Assembly: GCA_963668025.2 (NCBI GenBank)
Contig: CAXXTH010000008.1
Location: 98,383 to 162,382, forward strand
DNA length: 64,000 nt
Direction: 5' to 3'
Source of the DNA: Candidatus Hydrogenedentota bacterium
GTDB lineage: Bacteria; Hydrogenedentota; Hydrogenedentia; Hydrogenedentales; SLHB01
Shown: piece after piece, positions 10,901 through 19,825 of the stretch
Layout: the number at the start of each line of letters is the position of its first letter
How positions within the stretch are numbered: position 1 is the first letter of the stretch
Translations under genes and position numbers: made by a program
Notes under the pieces: generated by a model
What the model was told of the DNA's origin: nothing
The model's database searches: none
What the model saw: the letters and a program-made list of their open reading frames with translations, nothing else

Positions 10901-11113
10901 CAGCGCTTCATTATCTTCCTCGTCCATGAAGAATACTAAGACCCGCTCCGTCGTGGCGATGATCCACGACTCGGCGTATTCTCCAGAGATCTCGAGGTCC
11001 GTGTCCGTCGCGACCAATAAATTATCGCTAGACACGCCGCGCTCTTCGAGGGCTGCTTGGACCAACGGGGGCAGGGGGCGTTTGATTTGTGAGTTATCGT
11101 CTGGCTCTAACAT
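7985..11113 (-). CDS. ABC exporter (fused membrane domain + ATPase) with an N-terminal extension carrying CxxC...CxxC and a C-terminal DUF1854-like domain
   Basis: Walker A GHSGCGKST, LSGGERQR, ILDEATSS and IAHRLST. CEIC...CPKC lies before the membrane domain. C-terminal RCFPITRP...WNVETDKG...DVDNNRYEI recalled as DUF1854. Confidence 0.88.
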   Translation of the reverse strand: MLEPDDNSQIKRPLPPLVQAALEERGVSSDNLLVATDTDLEISGEYAESWIIATTERVLVFFMDEEDNEALLLKDIPFSDIETARTDTRVGSGFIEIKMQGVFEELIRFSNKNADKFAKVAIRLKQLAEGRQVMSETEEKRPSDRCEICGVRLPDRYMRVCPKCLKRGTVLLRFLKHTKQYWFFTVLAMVLVVLHILITLVPQQLTKVLLDNVLGNIAPDGWFRMMVSHLGFDTLRSDGNYHKDWWLLLVVGILAATTAIGAVIAWLREHMAVYINNRLGFELRREVFSKMQDLAVRYHDTHPVGTLMTRCTQDIEALQGFINQLTAGFGYQLIMLVVVTVYMLMINPLLTLIAVLPVPFVSGCTVFYYRYIVPRWRRYWTTRSSLSNMLHGALNGVRVVKAFAQESRELQRFDGYSGRFRNAGLDVGYANAWFYPTMGWVFQLGSYFIWVLGGLAVLAMSFNSAPIDNTSVAPGVSVQQTVDGKALDATAAKAATGKDTPAPIGEEASLQAPQSSGPWYARFGNWLTQQVGGLTTGTLIMFLGYLGWFYGPINSLTQMSTWFTQFITQAHRVFEVMDEEPEVTEDDKAVDIEIQGGIRFKNVSFGYDPHIPVLHDVSFSVEPGEMVGIVGHSGCGKSTTINLIMRYYEATEGEVSVDNIDVRKIRKHCLRRQIGMVAQDPFLFRGTIAENIAYGNPGVAMQQILNAALAANAHMFITRNHDGYDSMLGERGSGLSGGERQRVAIARALLNNPRVLILDEATSSVDTISEREIQNALEALSVGRTTVAIAHRLSTLRNCDRNIVFEEGTIREQGTHEELLLQDGIYKRLVEIQTQLTSDVESVDGLQAIQEINRVEKERRGVKTKRDQRRRLEAPKIRYFDPKEMRIYSKDEGGMRVEYHKDVYENVRAYRCFPITRPSEFVALWTGDSALEHKEVGMIRRLKELLPSSRMAVEHELSKRYFIHYIKKIDDIKEEMGFLIWNVETDKGVMEFLTRRFETNSVIEGPVNGHIIVDVDNNRYEIEDLEALDAASRSTFLKYIYW

Positions 11114-11202
11114 TAGTACTGTTCTCGGCTATCGAAGCCCGAGTCAATCCTCATTCAGTACCTTCGTCATATTTTTGAAATAAAAGTTTGTGAACTCCGC
11201 GA

Positions 11203-11231
11203 ATGCTACTCCCGACAAACTGGAAAGTCAA
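11203..11231 (-). promoter_or_regulatory. Predicted sigma70 promoter for the ABC exporter
   Basis: TTGACT-17 bp-TAGCAT. Confidence 0.55.
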
Positions 11232-11363
11232 GACAAAATCACTAAAAAATACGGTTTTTTTCCATCCAGACAGAAAAAAATGCCGATACGCCATCCTCTA
11301 CCTATAACTTTTATGCACACCTTGCTTCCCTTTTCACAAATCGCCTCGCGTATTGCTCTGTGC

Positions 11364-11416
11364 GGCAGGGCAAGCCCTCCCCTACATATTTTCGTGTATT
11401 TCATGTATTTCGTGGT
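11364..11416 (-). repeat. Composite repeat: 9-nt periodic tract plus GTAG-type REP hairpin
   Basis: Minus strand reads CCACGAAATACATGAAATACACGAAAATAT-GTAGGGGAGGGCTTGCCC. Homologous to 33020-33079 (+). Confidence 0.7.
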
Positions 11417-11439
11417 CTCCATTTATTTACTGGCATCCC

Positions 11440-11487
11440 GTAGCATGGGCGTCCCGCCCATGCACATGGCCGGGACGGCCATGCTAC
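11440..11487. repeat. GTAG-family REP doublet
   Basis: GTAGCATGGGCGTCCCGCCCATG plus inverted CATGGCCGGGACGGCCATGCTAC. Same family at 62884-62956. Confidence 0.8.
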
Positions 11488-11533
11488 AGCAAGTGATTAT
11501 CATTTTATAGGCGACTTGGGCGTATATGGCCTC

Positions 11534-11578
11534 TTGACTTTTCACCTAAATTGTATCATAATATCGATACGGTGATAC
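11534..11578 (+). promoter_or_regulatory. Predicted promoter and overlapping GntR operator
   Basis: TTGACT-17 bp-CATAAT, overlapped by inverted half-sites GTATC(A)...GATAC...TGATAC just upstream of the GntR gene. Confidence 0.6.
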
Positions 11579-11595
11579 CGACGGAGGACTTATAC

Positions 11596-12003
11596 ATGCT
11601 CCACCTCAATTTCAACCAGGGCGACGGCGTTCCTCTCTATCTTCAACTCGTCCGCCAAATCAAACACCTCATCGCTACCGGACGCCTCGACCCAGATACG
11701 GAACTGCCTCCTGTCCGCCAGCTCGCCCAGCAGCTCGTCATCAATCCCAATACGGTCGTCCGCGCCTACCGCGAACTCGAAACCGCTGGACTCATCTACA
11801 AACGCCGGGGCGCGGGCACATACGTTTCAGACCGGGGGAGCCCATACGCCGACGTGGAGCGGAGGCGCTTGCTGGCCGAACGGGCCGATGCACTCCTCGT
11901 CGAAGGACGCAATCTGGGATTTGACCTTGAAGAAGTTTTCGAACTCTTGCGGGAACGTGATCAACAGCTTATCCGGGAACAATCGGAAGAGAAGGGAGTC
12001 TGA
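11596..12003 (+). CDS. GntR family transcriptional regulator, YtrA subfamily
   Basis: PLYLQL...LPPVRQLA...INPNTVVRAYRELE...GAGTYV with a short C-terminal domain; lies directly upstream of an ABC ATPase. GGAGG RBS. Confidence 0.93.
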   Translation: MLHLNFNQGDGVPLYLQLVRQIKHLIATGRLDPDTELPPVRQLAQQLVINPNTVVRAYRELETAGLIYKRRGAGTYVSDRGSPYADVERRRLLAERADALLVEGRNLGFDLEEVFELLRERDQQLIREQSEEKGV

Positions 12004-12006
12004 AGA

Positions 12007-12918
12007 ATGGCATCGATGGAAACTGTAATACAAGTCGAGAATGTGTCGCGTTGGTTCGGACACAAACAGGCCCTGGACAATGTGAGCCTGTCAGTCCAAA
12101 AAGGCCGGGTCTTCGGCCTCGTAGGCGAAAACGGCGCGGGAAAGACCACCCTCATCAAACACCTATTGGGTTCCCTCGTGCCCAAGACCGGCGGCGTCCA
12201 CGTCTTCGGCGTCGATCCCGCGTATGACCCGCCCGCCGTCCTGTCGCGCATCGGCTATCTGTCCGAAGACCGCGACTTGCCCGGCTGGATGCGCGTGGGC
12301 GAGCTGATGCGCTACACCCAGGCCTTCTTCCCCGATTGGGACCAAGACTACGCCGAACAATGGCGGCAGCGCCTCGAATTGCCCATCGACGCCAAATTAC
12401 GCACCCTCTCTCGGGGCGAAAAGGCCAAGGCCGGACTCCTTGCGGCCTTGGCCCATCGCCCTGAATTACTGCTCCTGGATGAGCCCTCCTCGGGGCTCGA
12501 CCCTGTGGCCCGGCGCGCGATACTCGAGGCCGTGGTCCGCTCCGTGGCCGAAGAAGGCCGCACCGTCTTCTTCTCGTCCCACCTCCTCGACGAGATCGAG
12601 CGCGTGGCCGACGACGTAGTCATGCTCCACCACGGGCGGGCGATACTCGATATGACCATGGAAGAACTTAAATCCAGCCACCACCGCTTCATCATCCGCT
12701 TCGAGGACGCCCAAGCGGAATTCCCCCTCGTCCCCGGCGTATTGCACGCCGAAGGCGAAAGCCGCGAATGGGCCGTGGTATGCCAGGGCGAGAAAGAAAT
12801 TCTCGAACAAGCCTTCCGCAACGCAGCCGGACAGATCACCGAATACAGCGAGCCATCGCTCGACACCATATTCGTGGCGCATATCCAAAACAACAAATCG
12901 CCTTTGCTCAAGCCATAA
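12007..12918 (+). CDS. ABC transporter ATP-binding protein (YtrB-like)
   Basis: GENGAGKTT, LSRGE, LLLDEPSSGLDP and FSSHLLDE motifs. Confidence 0.95.
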   Translation: MASMETVIQVENVSRWFGHKQALDNVSLSVQKGRVFGLVGENGAGKTTLIKHLLGSLVPKTGGVHVFGVDPAYDPPAVLSRIGYLSEDRDLPGWMRVGELMRYTQAFFPDWDQDYAEQWRQRLELPIDAKLRTLSRGEKAKAGLLAALAHRPELLLLDEPSSGLDPVARRAILEAVVRSVAEEGRTVFFSSHLLDEIERVADDVVMLHHGRAILDMTMEELKSSHHRFIIRFEDAQAEFPLVPGVLHAEGESREWAVVCQGEKEILEQAFRNAAGQITEYSEPSLDTIFVAHIQNNKSPLLKP

Positions 12919-12944
12919 CAAATGAAAGTTTCTAAGAAGAGGGT

Positions 12945-13010
12945 CTGGGAGAACCCCTCTTAATAAAGAGGGTTTCTCCCAGTGAAGCAGTACAACGGGA
13001 GGTTTTCCCC
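12945..13010 (+). repeat. Conserved hairpin + leader upstream of paralogue 1
   Basis: CTGGGAGAACCCCTCT-TAATA-AAGAGGGTTTCTCCCAG, then TGAAGCAGTACAACGGGAGGTTTTCCCC-ATG. Repeated before paralogues 2 and 3; only the leader part precedes paralogue 4. Confidence 0.8.
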
Positions 13011-16000
13011 ATGAACACCAAAGTCCGTGCGCTGATTTGGGAAGAATGCCGCGTCTCCGGCGTGCTGGCGATATATAACCTGGCTTTGGGCGCGTTGCTA
13101 CTAGCGCTCTCCTGGCTGGGCGATTATGGATATGAATGGAATTTCTACAGGGGATTCGCGTCGTGTATCGTGCTAGGCATTCCCCTCCTGAGCGTTATGC
13201 TCTTCACCCTGGGCGTGAACAACTCCGGCCATCTCACGGCGGGCTTTCCCCGTCGCATCCTCAATCTTCCCGTGCGGACCAGCGCCGCCGTTTCGATCAC
13301 ACTGACCATGCGTACGCTCTTCTTGCTCCTGCTTGGATTCGGATTGCTGGGCGTCTGCGCCTTGCGTTTCGGCAGGGCTCCCTGGAGCGCCGCTATTCTG
13401 TTCATTGTGTCGCTGTATATATGCGTCCAGATGCTCGACTGGGTGCGCCAGCCTATATCTGGAATGGCGAGTCTGCTCATTCTGTTCCTGCTGGCCCTGC
13501 TCGTTCTAATGCTGGGCAATATGATGGATGTAATACGTTCCTTTAAACAAACGGGCTTCTTTTCGGAACTTGATATATCAACTTACTGGGCCTCTGTGCG
13601 TCTATGCGTGTTATATGCCGCAGGGCTTGTCATCTCCATTGTTGCTGTGCGCGCCACCCGGCGCGGCAAGCGCGTCGGCCCGCCCGAACTATGGGAACTG
13701 CCCGCTCTATGGTCACAGCACCGCCATGCCCGGCAAGAACCGTTCTCTTCACCAATGGACGCCGCGGTATGGTTCGAGCGCAAACGCTCGCCACTCGTCA
13801 TGCCCGGGCTTACGCTGTTGATTTTCTCCATGCTATTTACAGCCATATGGCTCGGTACGGACAGAGTGAAGGACACGAGTGCCAATCCAGACTGGACTAT
13901 CTACAGCAGCCTGGATTGCGTCCTTCTTGGCTCTTTTCTATTAGCGGCTATGGGATACGGTTTATATCGTGGAGCTTTCAGGCGGAAGCACATTTCCACA
14001 CCTCGCATGCTCCCGTACCTCTATCCCGCCACGGCAGCAGAGATAACCAGCGCGCGCATCCGGGCAGGCGCGCTCCAGGCTGGCATGGCTCTGCTTCTGA
14101 TCGGATTGCTTTATCAAGGCAGCTTTCTACTGCGTTATGATGGGTTAGCGTCGAGCGTGTTCTCAGCCGCCCTACGGGAAGGCTATGTCTCTTGGCGCGA
14201 AGTGCTCTGGTCTTTCTTATCGCCCCTTTTCCTCACGGGCCTGGTGGCTTGGGCGTTTCTGTCGCCCAACTGGCTCTTCTGGATTGCCTATATCTTCTTG
14301 CCCATAGGAGCCTCCATTTTAGTGGTTATTTGCGGATTCGAGGATGTAGATGGCGTCATGAATGCAGCCAATTGCCTGGTGATCATTAGCGCCATCACAC
14401 TTGCTGCGATTCTGGCATGGCGCAAAGGCCTGATGCAAGGCCGCACGCTCGCGGAAGTTTTCGGCGTTTGGCTGCTGCTGGCTTGGCTGCTCTATCCCAT
14501 GGATGTGATGGCGTCAATTGATTCTAAAGCTATATCAGCATATAACATGCTACAGTTGTTGTTATCAAGCCTGGCGTGGGCCAGCCTCGGGCCCATGCCG
14601 TTTATCGGCACCCTCATCTTCTCGAATGCCATGCGGCACAGTGGACTCAATTGCCGCCAAGATCCCCGGCAGCACACGCGCCGCCCTTCAGGCCACCGCG
14701 TCCGGAACGCCTTGGCGATAGCAGCAGTGATTGCGTTAAGCCTGTGGTTCAAATGGCCCGTGGAACCCGCCTGGCGCACCTATCTGCATGAAAAAGGTTT
14801 CACTACATCCACTCATGAACTCCATGCGCGCCGCGAACCAGTGCCCGATGATGAAAACTTAGCGCTACGCTACAAAGCCGCAGGAGAAAAATTCGATGCC
14901 TGCACAGCAGAATTGGAAGCACGGCTAGATGCGGATCAGACCCACTATACAGATTCCTACGGCCAGTCAATCAGCGCGTTTGATCACTTCATGGAACAAT
15001 TGCCCATCGTTGGTAAAGGGCTTCAGAGTCTCTCAAACCTTCCGATATCGCCGGAGCAAGTGCCAATCACCCGGATCTATTGGGATGCCGTGGGCAAAGA
15101 AGTAGCTCCCATGTTGCACGCGGCGGCGGCATCCGGTTTGACGCGCGGCTATAACCCGGATCCCAGCGAGTATTCGCCATCCGATGACTACATAACCTAT
15201 CTCAACAAGGCTCGAACACTAGGCCCTCTACTCAACCTGGAAGCGCTCTGGGCTTGCGTGGAGAACCGCCCGCACGATGCCGTCCAAGCCATTAATGCCA
15301 TTTACCCGCTTTCATTCGCTCTAAGACAGGATAAACTAATACTGTCATATATAAATGCAGACGTTCTAATGCGCATGGGCATCAATGCACTTGAAAGCAC
15401 ACTCCATGGCATTGTCTTGAGTGATTCAGAGCTGGTTTCGCTGGACCATTCCCTGCCATCCGCGCAAGCCATGGAACAGGACGACGCACTCCAGCAATTC
15501 CTTATAGGCGAATCCATGAAATTCCTCAATCTTTACGCTCACGGCTGGATTGAAGACGATCTTTTTCAAAATATGACAGACGCCCTTCCCATGCCTTGGA
15601 GGCTTGTGAAACCACCACTTTTCGAGGATGCTTTTTTGCTTCATGAAATTAACAAGAATAGCAACCGGAGTTTCCCGCTGGTTGGCGATAGAAACGAAGA
15701 ACAAACGGACGAAAACGATTCCACACGCGCCTACATATATAAATGGATGCGTGTTTCCGGCTATTTCGGAGTCGAATGGCGCGCCCGAACCTATCTTGAC
15801 CTTGCCCACATCGGAATAGCAGTCGAGCGCTACCGCCTGGCTACGGGCCATTTCCCTGAAAAACTGGAGGAACTGGTGCCCACCTATATCAGCACCATTC
15901 CTCAAGACCCCTATACCCAAATGGCCGCACCATTGCGGTATCTGCTTAAACCAGACGGCTCATGTATCGTCTACAGCGTGTTTGAAGACGGAACAGACGA

Positions 16001-16115
16001 CAACGGCGCTTCTTTTGACAGAGGAACTGAGAAAGGCGATCTGATTTTCACACTCCTGCCGCCCGAGCAACGCACGACAGTGACGCCTGCAACAAACAAT
16101 GCGGATGGAGTATGA
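13011..16115 (+). CDS. Large membrane protein paralogue 1 (putative double ABC-2-type permease + extracytoplasmic domain with GspG-like C-terminus)
   Basis: Many hydrophobic segments in residues ~15-580. C-terminal AVERYRLATGHFPEKLEELVPTY...DPY...YSV..DG.DD.G. Follows the ABC ATPase. Confidence 0.8.
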   Translation: MNTKVRALIWEECRVSGVLAIYNLALGALLLALSWLGDYGYEWNFYRGFASCIVLGIPLLSVMLFTLGVNNSGHLTAGFPRRILNLPVRTSAAVSITLTMRTLFLLLLGFGLLGVCALRFGRAPWSAAILFIVSLYICVQMLDWVRQPISGMASLLILFLLALLVLMLGNMMDVIRSFKQTGFFSELDISTYWASVRLCVLYAAGLVISIVAVRATRRGKRVGPPELWELPALWSQHRHARQEPFSSPMDAAVWFERKRSPLVMPGLTLLIFSMLFTAIWLGTDRVKDTSANPDWTIYSSLDCVLLGSFLLAAMGYGLYRGAFRRKHISTPRMLPYLYPATAAEITSARIRAGALQAGMALLLIGLLYQGSFLLRYDGLASSVFSAALREGYVSWREVLWSFLSPLFLTGLVAWAFLSPNWLFWIAYIFLPIGASILVVICGFEDVDGVMNAANCLVIISAITLAAILAWRKGLMQGRTLAEVFGVWLLLAWLLYPMDVMASIDSKAISAYNMLQLLLSSLAWASLGPMPFIGTLIFSNAMRHSGLNCRQDPRQHTRRPSGHRVRNALAIAAVIALSLWFKWPVEPAWRTYLHEKGFTTSTHELHARREPVPDDENLALRYKAAGEKFDACTAELEARLDADQTHYTDSYGQSISAFDHFMEQLPIVGKGLQSLSNLPISPEQVPITRIYWDAVGKEVAPMLHAAAASGLTRGYNPDPSEYSPSDDYITYLNKARTLGPLLNLEALWACVENRPHDAVQAINAIYPLSFALRQDKLILSYINADVLMRMGINALESTLHGIVLSDSELVSLDHSLPSAQAMEQDDALQQFLIGESMKFLNLYAHGWIEDDLFQNMTDALPMPWRLVKPPLFEDAFLLHEINKNSNRSFPLVGDRNEEQTDENDSTRAYIYKWMRVSGYFGVEWRARTYLDLAHIGIAVERYRLATGHFPEKLEELVPTYISTIPQDPYTQMAAPLRYLLKPDGSCIVYSVFEDGTDDNGASFDRGTEKGDLIFTLLPPEQRTTVTPATNNADGV

Positions 16116-16222
16116 CCATGCATAATCGATACTTATTGTAAAGGTGTGTTATTTTATTATTGAAGTGTAAAAATAAATAACTTATACATATATACAGAAT
16201 AAAAAACACGAAGCCACTAATC

Positions 16223-16288
16223 TGTCATCCCCGCGAAAGCGGGGATCCAGGACATTTGCGCTGGATTCCTGCTTTCGCGGGAATGACA
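16223..16288. repeat. Palindromic repeat TGTCATCCCCGCGAAAGCGGGGATCCAG...CTGGATTCCTGCTTTCGCGGGAATGACA
   Basis: 28-bp near-perfect inverted arms, each with an internal hairpin. Fragments at 19704-19714 and 23112-23128. Confidence 0.85.
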
Positions 16289-16535
16289 ACGAGGTAGATT
16301 ATGGGGTTTTATACAACTGATGTTATTACGCAGTGGAACACGTTCACCATGCACGTTGCTTTTTTTAGCGCGCCCAAGAACAGCTCCAATTGAGTTGCAT
16401 TTATGACTCGTTACGGCGAATGGTGCGTTAGCATCCGTATAACTTGAAAGTGCTTCAACGAAACCAGAGTGGGAGAGGCCTTCTTCCAAAAGAAGGTTCT
16501 CCCCAGTGGAAGCAGTACAACGGGAGGTTTTCCCC

Positions 16536-19500
16536 ATGAACACCAAAGTGCGCGCATTGATTTGGGAAGAATGCCGTGTCTCCGGCGTGCTGGCCCTGGT
16601 TTGCTTCTCCTTGGGCGTCTTGATCCTGGTTGTCTCGATGCTTGGAGACGATCCCTATACGTGGTGGTACTACAAAGACTACGCCTTACTGGTCGTACTG
16701 GGTATTCCTATGGTATGCGCCCTGTTGTTTGTCCTGGGCCTAGATTACTCCGGCCATCTCACCGCAGGCTTTCCCCGGCGCATCCTCAACCTGCCTGTAC
16801 AGACCCATACCACGGTCGCGATTACATTCACTCTTCGCACGTTCTTTATGTTTCTCCTTGGGCTAGGATTGCTGGGCGCTTGCGCCGTACGTTTCGGACA
16901 AGCGCCCTGGCTTTCCAGCATTCTGCTGATCATTACGTTATATTTGTGTATTCAGGTGCTCGATTGGCTGCGCCAGCCTATCTCCGGCCTGGCAAGCGCA
17001 ATCATCCTTGCACTGCTGGGGCTATTAGTCCTGGCATTGGGTAACTTTGAAGTACTCATTAATCACTTTGCCAAACAGAATCTGGGTATCCTTGAGGCTT
17101 CCATAGCACTATGTACATTGTATGTGCTTGGACTCGGCGTCTCGATTGCCGCCGTAAGCGCCACCCGGCGCGGCAAACGCGTCGGCCCGCCGGAACTCTG
17201 GGAACTGCCCGCTTTGTGGACACAAAACCGCCACGCCCGCCAAGAGCCGTTCGCATCACCCATGGACGCCGCGGTATGGTTCGAGCGCAGCCGTTCACCG
17301 TTTGTCATGCCCGGCCTTACGCTGTTAATTTTCACCATGCTATTCGCGGCGATGTGGCTCGGTACGGACAGAGCAACGGGAACGAGTTTCAATAACGGTT
17401 TTCCAGACTGGACTATTTACAGCAGCTTGGATTGCGCCCTTCTTGGTTCGTTCCTATTAGCGGCCATCGGATACGGCCTGTACCGGGGAGCTTTCTGGTG
17501 GAAGCGCGTTTCCACGCCACGCATGATCCCGTTTCTCTATCCCGCCACGGCGGGGGAAATCACCCACGCGCACCTGCGCGCAGCCGCGATTCAGGTGGGC
17601 ACGGTTTTGCTCTTGGTTGGGCTGATTTTCCAAGGCAGTTTTCTGCTACGTCACGGCGGTTTCACGTCGAGCGTGTTCACGGCCGCCCTGCGAGAAGGCT
17701 ATGTCTCCTGGCGCGAGTTGATATGGTCCTTTCTTGCACCGATTCTCCTGACCGGCCTTATGGCGTGGGCTTTTCTATCGCCCAATTGGCTCTGGGGAGC
17801 CTATATCTTCTTGCCCATAGGAGCCTCCATTTTACTGGTTATTTGCGGATTCGATAACGTGGATGGCGTCATGAATGCGGCCATTTGTCTGTCCATCATC
17901 GCCGTCATCGCACTTGCAGCGATTCTGGCCTGGCGCAAAGGGCTGATGGCTGGCCGCACCCTCGTGGGGCTCTTCGGCATTTGGCTGCTGCTGGCTTGGC
18001 TGCTTTTCCCCATGGACCTGGTGGCGACCATCGGGGCGCAAGATGTCACCAGATACGACCTGCTGCAATTGGGATTGACGAGCCTGGCATGGGCCAGCCT
18101 CGGGCCCATGCCATACATTGGCATCCTCATTTTCACCAATAGGCTGCGCCACGGCAAGAGGAATTACCCGCAAAATCCCAGTCTGCACAAGCGCCGCCCA
18201 TCAGGCCACCGCGTCCGGAACGCCTTGGCGATAGTAGGAGTGATTGCGTTAAGCCTGTGGCTCAAATGGCCCATGGAACCCACCTGGCGCATGTATCTCC
18301 ATCAAAAAGGATTTGCCACCTCTATCCGGGAACTCAACGCACGCTATCCGGAAGTGCCGGACGATGAGAATCTGGCGCTGCGTTACCGGACGGCCTGGGA
18401 GAAACTCGACGCCTGTGCAGCGGAACTGAAAACGCAACAAAACGCTGATCACACCCAATATACAGATTCTAATGGAATTCCAAGCGACGCGGCTACGCTC
18501 TTTATGCAGCAATTGCCGATCATGGGTTTTGCCGATGTTCGTTCAGATGCTCCCATGACGCCGGAGCAAACGCAAGCCATCCGAACCTACTGGGACGCCG
18601 TGGGGAAACACGTGGCTCCCATGCTGCACGCGGCGGCGGAATCCGGCTTGACCCGCAGCTTTTATAGTCCAGTAGATCCTATGGGAGCGGTTGTGTCGGG
18701 AGGCCATCTCGCTAGAACTCGAGAATTAGCCCGTTTGCTCAGCCTTGAAGCGCTGTTAGCGTGTGTGGAGAACCGCCCGCACGACGCCGCCCAAGCTATT
18801 TGCGCCATTTACCCATTGTCATTCACGGCGCGGCAAGAACCGCTGATTATCTCTCACCTCGTCTCAGTGGCGATCATGAGCATAGGGGCTGGCGCGCTTG
18901 AAGACACATGCAAAAGCATTGCCTTGGATGATTCGGCTCTTGCCGCCTTGGACCATTGTTTGCCATCCGCACGAACCTTGGAACAGAGCTATCAGCTCGA
19001 ACAAGCCATAGTGGGGGAATCGGCATATTCTCTTAATTACCAATCTCAACTCTGGTTTGGAGTGAATCACCACTTTTCAACAAAGGATATGTTTTTCCTC
19101 ACGCTTTTGCAGGTGTTTTGGCAGCCTCATTATGAAGAGATCTTCTTTATTCATGAGTTTAACGAAAAAAATGGAAGAAAATATCCCGTCATTGAAGCAG
19201 GAAATCAAGGACCCGTTGCAAAATGCGATTTGACTCGCGTTTTCTTCTTCCAATTGCTCAGTAATCTTCGTGTCGTAAACGCTGAATGGCGAATCCGCAC
19301 CATGATGGATCTTGCCCATGTTGGGATTGCAGTCGAGCGCTATCGACTGGCGGCGGGCCACTTCCCCGAAAAACTAGAAGAACTGGTTCCGGCCTATATC
19401 AGCGCCGTACCCTTGGATCCCTATACGCAAATGGCCGAACCATTGCGATACCTGGCCAAACCAGACGGCTCGTACATCATCTACAGTGTATATGAGGATG

Positions 19501-19640
19501 GAGAAGATGAGAAAGGTGCGCCCTATAGCTATAACGGAAAGGATAGAAAAGGCGACCTGTCTTTCACCCTCTTGCCGCCCGAGAAGCGCATGGCGACGGC
19601 CTACCTCATGGACCAACCATTAAAAAACGTAGCGCCGTGA
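16536..19640 (+). CDS. Large membrane protein paralogue 2
   Basis: Same MNTKVRALIWEECRVSGVLA start, RBS and domain layout as paralogue 1. Confidence 0.85.
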   Translation: MNTKVRALIWEECRVSGVLALVCFSLGVLILVVSMLGDDPYTWWYYKDYALLVVLGIPMVCALLFVLGLDYSGHLTAGFPRRILNLPVQTHTTVAITFTLRTFFMFLLGLGLLGACAVRFGQAPWLSSILLIITLYLCIQVLDWLRQPISGLASAIILALLGLLVLALGNFEVLINHFAKQNLGILEASIALCTLYVLGLGVSIAAVSATRRGKRVGPPELWELPALWTQNRHARQEPFASPMDAAVWFERSRSPFVMPGLTLLIFTMLFAAMWLGTDRATGTSFNNGFPDWTIYSSLDCALLGSFLLAAIGYGLYRGAFWWKRVSTPRMIPFLYPATAGEITHAHLRAAAIQVGTVLLLVGLIFQGSFLLRHGGFTSSVFTAALREGYVSWRELIWSFLAPILLTGLMAWAFLSPNWLWGAYIFLPIGASILLVICGFDNVDGVMNAAICLSIIAVIALAAILAWRKGLMAGRTLVGLFGIWLLLAWLLFPMDLVATIGAQDVTRYDLLQLGLTSLAWASLGPMPYIGILIFTNRLRHGKRNYPQNPSLHKRRPSGHRVRNALAIVGVIALSLWLKWPMEPTWRMYLHQKGFATSIRELNARYPEVPDDENLALRYRTAWEKLDACAAELKTQQNADHTQYTDSNGIPSDAATLFMQQLPIMGFADVRSDAPMTPEQTQAIRTYWDAVGKHVAPMLHAAAESGLTRSFYSPVDPMGAVVSGGHLARTRELARLLSLEALLACVENRPHDAAQAICAIYPLSFTARQEPLIISHLVSVAIMSIGAGALEDTCKSIALDDSALAALDHCLPSARTLEQSYQLEQAIVGESAYSLNYQSQLWFGVNHHFSTKDMFFLTLLQVFWQPHYEEIFFIHEFNEKNGRKYPVIEAGNQGPVAKCDLTRVFFFQLLSNLRVVNAEWRIRTMMDLAHVGIAVERYRLAAGHFPEKLEELVPAYISAVPLDPYTQMAEPLRYLAKPDGSYIIYSVYEDGEDEKGAPYSYNGKDRKGDLSFTLLPPEKRMATAYLMDQPLKNVAP

Positions 19641-19825
19641 AGAAGGCGTTACCGTGGTGAATATCCAGAGAATTCACTACGCAGGACACAGAGATCATAG
19701 AGAGCGGGAATGACGGAACTGCATTTCAACACTTGAACGTAAATGAACAAAACCAGAGTGGGAGAGCCCCTCTTCCAAAAGAAGGTTTCTCCCCAGTGGA
19801 AGCAATACAACGGGAGGTTTTCCCC

